Virus record (IMG/VR): IMGVR_UViG_3300021137_000001 | Coordinates: 248,001-312,000 of that record | Length of the DNA: 64,000 nt | Strand: one strand, 5' to 3' | Part shown: positions 59,186-64,000 of the stretch, one piece after another | Layout: every line of letters starts with the position of its first letter | Position numbering within the stretch: position 1 is the first letter of the stretch | Program-made: the position numbers and the translations under genes | The notes under the pieces: model-generated | Database searches by the model: none | Seen by the model: the letters and a program-made list of their open reading frames with translations, nothing else | What the model was told of the DNA's origin: nothing

Positions 59186-60195
59186 ATTTATTCAAAAAAG
59201 CTGCGGTATTTACAGATTTACATCTAGGACTAAAGTCAAATAGTACACAACATAATGAAGATTGCCTTGCGTACATTAAATGGTTTATTAGTAATGCAAA
59301 AAAAGAAGGGTGCGATGTTTGCTTTTTTCTTGGAGACTATCATAATAATCGAGCGGCAATTAATGTAGTCACGTTAAACTATAGCCTAACAGCGTTAGAG
59401 TTGTTGGGCAAAGCGTTTGACCGTGTTATCTTTATTCCGGGCAATCATGATTTATATTATCGTGACAAGCGTGATATACAATCTGCACAATGGGCAAAGC
59501 ATATTCCAAACATTGAGATTATTAATGATTTCTATCAAGAGGGTGATGTAAGCATTGTTCCGTGGCTAGTAGGAGATGATCATAAAAAGATACAAAAGAT
59601 CAATGCAAAGTATATGTTCGGGCACTTTGAGTTACCGGGCTATTATATGAATGCAATGGTGCAAATGCCAGAGCACGGTGAGATTAGACGTGAGGATTTT
59701 GGGCATATTGATCATGTGTACAGTGGGCATTTTCATAAACGTCAAACAGGTAAGAATATTACATATATTGGCAATGCGTTTCCACATAATTATGCAGATG
59801 CAGGTGATGATGAACGTGGTATGATGATACTTAACTGGGGAGAAGAGCCAACGTTTCATGCATGGCCTGATCAACCCAAGTATCGTGTATACACACTAAG
59901 CGACATTTTGCAAACTCCAGATACGTTGTTACAAAAAGGTATGCACTGTCGAGTAAACATCGACGTGGATATTTCATATGAAGAAGCAACATTTATTAAA
60001 GAAACTTTTGTAGGTACATATAATTTGCGTGAGCTTACATTAATTCCAGTAAAGCACACTGATATCGGCACAGATATTATGCTAGGCAATATTCAATTCG
60101 AAAGTATTGATACAATCGTGACAAGTCAACTAACAGCTATCAACAGTGAGCATTATAATCCAGCATTGTTATTAGACATCTATAGGAATTTATAA
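59182..60195 (+). CDS. 47: recombination endonuclease subunit, gp47/Mre11/SbcD-like
   Basis: DLH, GD, GNHD, GHFE, GHFH metallophosphoesterase motifs. Confidence 0.93.
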   Translation: MNLFKKAAVFTDLHLGLKSNSTQHNEDCLAYIKWFISNAKKEGCDVCFFLGDYHNNRAAINVVTLNYSLTALELLGKAFDRVIFIPGNHDLYYRDKRDIQSAQWAKHIPNIEIINDFYQEGDVSIVPWLVGDDHKKIQKINAKYMFGHFELPGYYMNAMVQMPEHGEIRREDFGHIDHVYSGHFHKRQTGKNITYIGNAFPHNYADAGDDERGMMILNWGEEPTFHAWPDQPKYRVYTLSDILQTPDTLLQKGMHCRVNIDVDISYEEATFIKETFVGTYNLRELTLIPVKHTDIGTDIMLGNIQFESIDTIVTSQLTAINSEHYNPALLLDIYRNL

Positions 60196-60231
60196 TTGTT
60201 TAAAATAAAAAATCTTACAGTTAACAGGTAA
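60196..60231 (+). pseudogene. remnant 5' end of gp46 (TTG-FKIKNLTVNR*)
   Basis: Matches MAFRIKNLTV at 60851; 14-bp exact repeat at 60205-18 and 60863-76; AGGAA 7 nt upstream. Confidence 0.7.
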
Positions 60232-60234
60232 ATG

Positions 60235-60242
60235 TATAAATA
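60235..60242 (+). promoter_or_regulatory. T4-consensus late promoter TATAAATA
   Basis: Exact consensus upstream of AGGAG and ATG 60261. Confidence 0.75.
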
Positions 60243-60260
60243 GTTATATAGGAGTAATAT

Positions 60261-60851
60261 ATGGCTAAAAGAAGAATATTTACAGAGGACGAATTGAATT
60301 TAATCATTGATTTACAACGGTCGGTTACTGAGATATGCTTACTAGTTAGTGCATCACATCCAACAATAACTAAGATCAGAAAAGAGGTAGGTATCGTTAC
60401 TATTAGAGGTAGGAGAGGTGGGTCTGTTGTTCCGTCTCAACGAAGAACTATTTACTGTGTATGCCAGAATGCGGCGTGTAAAAAAGAATTCGAATCAATA
60501 AAATCAACTCCTCGTAAATTTTGTAGCCACACGTGCCAACAACGAGCTGCAAATGTTGCTGCAAAAGGAATCGGTTCAAGAAAAATGCGTAACCCTAACA
60601 CTCCTGTATATAAAAAATATGCTAGAATAGTACATGGGATGAGTCATAAGATATATTTGTCAAACATAGCTATTATTAACCCTAATGGATATGTTAGAAC
60701 ATTATGCGGAGTTAAAGATGGATGGCAATTAGATCATATCATTCCTATTAAGGAATGTTTTGAAAGAAATATACCCCCAGAAGAGGCAGCTAGTATTAAT
60801 AATCTTAGGATGCTTCCATGGAAAGATAATTTAATGAGACAATATAAATAA
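60261..60851 (+). CDS. HNH homing endonuclease with N-terminal HTH-like and Cys-rich DNA-binding region
   Basis: C....C..EF......KFCS..CQ; C-terminal LDHIIP........NNL..L....N. Confidence 0.8.
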   Translation: MAKRRIFTEDELNLIIDLQRSVTEICLLVSASHPTITKIRKEVGIVTIRGRRGGSVVPSQRRTIYCVCQNAACKKEFESIKSTPRKFCSHTCQQRAANVAAKGIGSRKMRNPNTPVYKKYARIVHGMSHKIYLSNIAIINPNGYVRTLCGVKDGWQLDHIIPIKECFERNIPPEEAASINNLRMLPWKDNLMRQYK

Positions 60852-62623
60852 TGGCATTCCGTATAAAAAATCTTACCGTGAAAAATTTCATGAGTGTTGG
60901 TAATGCAACGCAAGCAGTGGACTTTGATCGCAATGATCTCACGTTAGTGCTTGGTGTCAATGTTGATTTAGGTGGTGACGACAGCGGCGCACGTAACGGC
61001 ACTGGTAAAACAACTATCATCAATGCGTTAAGCTACAGTTTGTTTGGGCAAGCGTTGACTAATATTAAACGTGATAACTTAATTAATAAAACTAATGGTA
61101 AGAACATGTTAGTCACAGTTGAGTTCGAACATAACGGGCAAGATTATAAGATTGAGCGTGGACGTAAGCCAAACGTAATGAAGTTTTACGTGGGTGATGA
61201 AGAAAAAGAAATTACAGACGAATCGCAAGGTGATAGCAGAGAAACGCAAGCTGAGATTGAGCGTATGTTAAGCATGAAGCATGATATGTTTAAACACATT
61301 GTTGCTCTTAACACGTACACTGAACCGTTCCTTAGTTTAAAGTCGGGTGATCAACGTGAGATCATCGAGCAGCTACTCGGTATTACTATGCTTAGTGAAA
61401 AGGCTGAGAATTTAAAAGAGTTGACTCGTGCTACAAAGGATGCAATTCAGCAAGAAGAATACAGTATTAAGGCGATTGCAGACGCAAACGGACGCATAAA
61501 AGAACAAATTGAGAGCTTAATTCGTCGACAAAATATGTGGACTACTAAGCACACAGATGATGCAGCAAAGTTAGAAAATGCGTTAGCAGAGTTGCATAAA
61601 ATTGATATTGAACAAGAACTTGCAGCACACACTGCGCTTACTGCATATAATCAACAGCGCAAAGACTTAGATGATTTGGGTAAAGCTATATTGCGTGGTG
61701 AGGCAGATATTGCTCGCGAACAAAAAACTATAGACAAAGTTACTAAAGAAATTGCCGATTTAGAAGCGCACACTTGCTATGCTTGCGGGCAACATTTTCA
61801 TGATGATAAACATGAGTCGGTATTAGCGGCTAAACGTGTTTCACTTGAAACCGCAACAAATCAATATTTGTCAGATCAATCACAGTTGCTTGCACTTACT
61901 GGTGCTAAGGCAGAAATTGGTGCCCTTGGTGCACAACCTCGAGTATATTATGATAAAGAAGCAGATGCATTCCATCATAAAGGTTCAATTACTAGTTTAG
62001 AAACACAGTTAGCAACTAAGAGTGCGGAAGTTGACCCATATGCTGAACAGATTGAAGAAATGACGCATACTGCTATGGCAGAAACTGATTTTACTACAAT
62101 GAATGAGCTCGTTAAGTTAAAGGAACATCAAGACTTCTTGTTAAAACTATTAACTAACAAAGATAGCTTTATCCGTAAGCGTATTATTGATCAGAACTTG
62201 TCGCATCTAAACGCAAGATTAAGTCAATACTTAGATCGCATCGGATTGCCACACACAGTAACGTTCTTAAATGATTTAAGCGTTGAAATTACAGAGCTTG
62301 GGCGCGAGTTAGACTTTGATAATTTATCACGTGGTGAACGTAATCGCTTGATCTTAAGTTTAAGCTGGGCGTTCCGTGATGTGTGGGAGAGTTTATACAA
62401 TCCGATTAACTTATTGTTTATTGATGAGCTTATTGATAGTGGCATGGACAGTAGCGGAGTTGAAAGTTCACTAGGCATACTTAAAAAGATGTCGCGTGAA
62501 CATGAGAAAAGTATTTGGCTTGTTTCGCACAAAGACGAACTTGCGGGTCGTGTAAACAATATCATGACTGTAACAAAAGAGAATGGGTTTACTACATACA
62601 GCACCGACGTTGAAGTAATTTAA
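60851..62623 (+). CDS. 46: recombination ATPase subunit, gp46/Rad50/SbcC-like
   Basis: NGTGKTT, coiled coil with CYAC zinc hook, LSRGE, LFIDE, SHK. Confidence 0.95.
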   Translation: MAFRIKNLTVKNFMSVGNATQAVDFDRNDLTLVLGVNVDLGGDDSGARNGTGKTTIINALSYSLFGQALTNIKRDNLINKTNGKNMLVTVEFEHNGQDYKIERGRKPNVMKFYVGDEEKEITDESQGDSRETQAEIERMLSMKHDMFKHIVALNTYTEPFLSLKSGDQREIIEQLLGITMLSEKAENLKELTRATKDAIQQEEYSIKAIADANGRIKEQIESLIRRQNMWTTKHTDDAAKLENALAELHKIDIEQELAAHTALTAYNQQRKDLDDLGKAILRGEADIAREQKTIDKVTKEIADLEAHTCYACGQHFHDDKHESVLAAKRVSLETATNQYLSDQSQLLALTGAKAEIGALGAQPRVYYDKEADAFHHKGSITSLETQLATKSAEVDPYAEQIEEMTHTAMAETDFTTMNELVKLKEHQDFLLKLLTNKDSFIRKRIIDQNLSHLNARLSQYLDRIGLPHTVTFLNDLSVEITELGRELDFDNLSRGERNRLILSLSWAFRDVWESLYNPINLLFIDELIDSGMDSSGVESSLGILKKMSREHEKSIWLVSHKDELAGRVNNIMTVTKENGFTTYSTDVEVI

Positions 62624-62647
62624 TTTTACCATCCACTACAGGGTGGT

Positions 62648-62661
62648 TAAATACATATAAC
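62648..62661 (+). promoter_or_regulatory. late promoter TAAATA-CA-TATAAC
   Basis: Upstream of AAGGAG and ATG 62679; preceded by small hairpin 62628-47. Confidence 0.65.
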
Positions 62662-62678
62662 AACAAGGAGAAGTAAAC

Positions 62679-62864
62679 ATGGCAATTCATGATGATATTT
62701 TAGCAGCAGTAGAATTATACGTTTCAGAATCAGAAAAATTTGAAGTTAAAGGTGTTAAAGCTGCAGCGGCACGTGCTCGCGGTGCATTAGGCGATTTAGG
62801 TAAGTTAACTAAAGCTCGTCGTGCAGAAATTCAAACCAAAAAGAACGAACTGTCCGCTAAGTAA
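62679..62864 (+). CDS. histone H1-like Hc1-family small basic protein
   Basis: KG.KAAAARAR.AL..L.KL.K.RR.EIQ..K pattern. Confidence 0.7.
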   Translation: MAIHDDILAAVELYVSESEKFEVKGVKAAAARARGALGDLGKLTKARRAEIQTKKNELSAK

Positions 62865-62873
62865 TAACGGAAA

Positions 62874-62958
62874 ATGCTGACATTTTGAATAAATAGTAGT
62901 GTAGTTCGCGGGTGTAGGAACCCCAACTACTCTAACATTGTAAAGGAATGTCAGCATG
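62874..62958 (+). promoter_or_regulatory. structured leader: 11-bp outer stem, late promoter and inner hairpin
   Basis: ATGCTGACATT (62874-84) is the reverse complement of AATGTCAGCAT (62947-57); TAAATA 62890-95; GTAGTT..GGGT/ACCC..AACTAC 62901-30. Confidence 0.8.
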
Positions 62959-63534
62959 AATATTTATTACGTATACCAGTACCTTAGAGAAAAGGATTCG
63001 TCTACTGCTCTAGCAGGTACACCATACTATATAGGAAAAGGTAAGAACAACCGAGCATATATAGGACACAATAATAGAATACCTTCAAATAAAGAATATA
63101 TTCAAATTATTAAAGATAATTTAACTGAACAAGAAGCAATGGACCTTGAAATTATGCTAATTAAAAAATATGGTCGTAAAGATTTAGTAACAGGTATTTT
63201 AATAAATCTTTCAAACGGCGGCGAAGGAGCAAGCGGATCTGTTCGTTCGCAAGAGCACAAGACACGTATATCTCAAGCACAAACAGGAAAAATTGTTTCA
63301 GATTCAACAAGAGAAAAATTAAGTAAGGCATTATCAGGTAAAAAACGATCAGATATTGCTAAGTTTAATATTAGCAAAGCACACATAGGTCAAGTTCCTT
63401 GGAATAAAAACATACAAATGACAGAAGAGTGGAAGGCAAAACGCCCTTGGCATAGTTGTGATATTTGTGGTATTCAATCCCAAAACCTTACTAATATTAA
63501 AAGATTTCACAATAGCAATTGTAAAAATAAATAG
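62956..63534 (+). CDS. GIY-YIG homing endonuclease with NUMOD3-like repeats (same subfamily as 56880)
   Basis: YYVYQY...PYYIGKG..R, KYGRKD...GIL.N.SNGGEG; C-terminal CDIC..HNSNC. Confidence 0.88.
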   Translation: MNIYYVYQYLREKDSSTALAGTPYYIGKGKNNRAYIGHNNRIPSNKEYIQIIKDNLTEQEAMDLEIMLIKKYGRKDLVTGILINLSNGGEGASGSVRSQEHKTRISQAQTGKIVSDSTREKLSKALSGKKRSDIAKFNISKAHIGQVPWNKNIQMTEEWKAKRPWHSCDICGIQSQNLTNIKRFHNSNCKNK

Positions 63535-63538
63535 CATT

Positions 63539-63991
63539 ATGGCATATGATAATCCCTGGATCTATAATGGTACAACTTTTGATTCAGGGGATATCGGTGA
63601 ATACTACGGCTTCATTTATAGAATAACTAATATCACTAACGGACACGATTATGTGGGCCGCAAATATTTTAAAACTATTAAAAAAAGACCACCACTAAAA
63701 GGTAAGAAGAACAAACGTTTAGAAACAATTGAAACTGATTGGAAAGACTATTGGGGTTCATCAAATCGTTTAGTAGCAGATATACTAGCACTAGGTAAAG
63801 AACAGTTTACCCGTGAAATTATACATTTATGTAAAAGTCGCGGTGAAACTAACTATATGGAAGCGCATTATCAATTTAAAGAAGAAGTACTGTTAAGGGA
63901 AGATAACTATAATGGTATTATACAACTTAAACTAGGTAAAAACTCCGTTAAAGATGTAAAAATTAATAAATCAGTTGACCAACGACACTAA
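63539..63991 (+). CDS. stand-alone GIY-YIG catalytic-domain protein (Seg-like, no DNA-binding tail)
   Basis: GFIYRITN....YVGRK, DWKDYWGSS, F.REII.LC, Y.E...QF...VL, YN; start moved to ATG 63539. Confidence 0.8.
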   Translation: MAYDNPWIYNGTTFDSGDIGEYYGFIYRITNITNGHDYVGRKYFKTIKKRPPLKGKKNKRLETIETDWKDYWGSSNRLVADILALGKEQFTREIIHLCKSRGETNYMEAHYQFKEEVLLREDNYNGIIQLKLGKNSVKDVKINKSVDQRH

Positions 63992-64000
63992 ACGTAATAC

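Noticed and set aside
62628-62647. Hairpin after gp46 as an intrinsic terminator
   Set aside because: 7-bp stem with a G-U pair and no following U-tract
62887-63534. AATAAATAG on both sides of the 62956 HEG as a target-site duplication
   Set aside because: Both copies are simply late-promoter cores in AT-rich DNA; cannot be distinguished from chance
354-63537. Many short or antisense ORFs in the six-frame track (e.g. 354-827, 4330-4971, 57131-57541, 62224-62604)
   Set aside because: They lie on the opposite strand or in alternative frames of well-supported genes and lack motifs or SD sites
1-64000. Stop-codon reassignment, CRISPR array, tRNA genes
   Set aside because: Genes tile tightly under code 11 using all three stops; no spaced repeat array or cloverleaf was found
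63975-64000. Possible sigma70 promoter TTGACC-17-TAC...
   Set aside because: The -10 element is cut by the window edge

Overview
The window is a 64-kb segment of a large, AT-rich, T4-superfamily-like (probably jumbo) myophage genome using standard code 11. No tRNA, rRNA or CRISPR array was seen. It has three blocks. (1) Plus strand, 1-11058: a VWA/metallopeptidase gene, small hypotheticals, DHFR, thyA, an SGNH-like protein, an NDP-sugar epimerase and a DegT aminotransferase. (2) Minus strand, 56699 down to 11039: baseplate and tail genes (tube-initiator-like, gp53/LysM-like, hub, spike with lysozyme-like domain, gp25, gp6-like, a 4196-aa wedge protein, fibre-like paralogs). These run directly into a ~16-kb modification cluster with four GT-like proteins, five tandem radical-SAM enzymes, two SGNH proteins, a carbamoyltransferase, an APS-kinase-like protein and dCMP deaminase. 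(3) Plus strand, 56880-64000: gp55-like late sigma factor, gp47/gp46 (Mre11/Rad50) and a histone-Hc1-like gene, interleaved with free-standing homing endonuclease genes (HEGs). The most notable observations are: the five-rSAM/GT/carbamoyl cluster attached to the fibre genes; HEG cassettes at gene 5' ends that leave a dead copy of the old start upstream and a recoded start downstream; a recurring 'anti-SD / TAAATA late promoter / SD' hairpin; a duplicated 70-bp promoter-plus-terminator cassette; and apparently leaderless early and late mRNAs. All functional calls come from motif recognition by eye, with no database searches.
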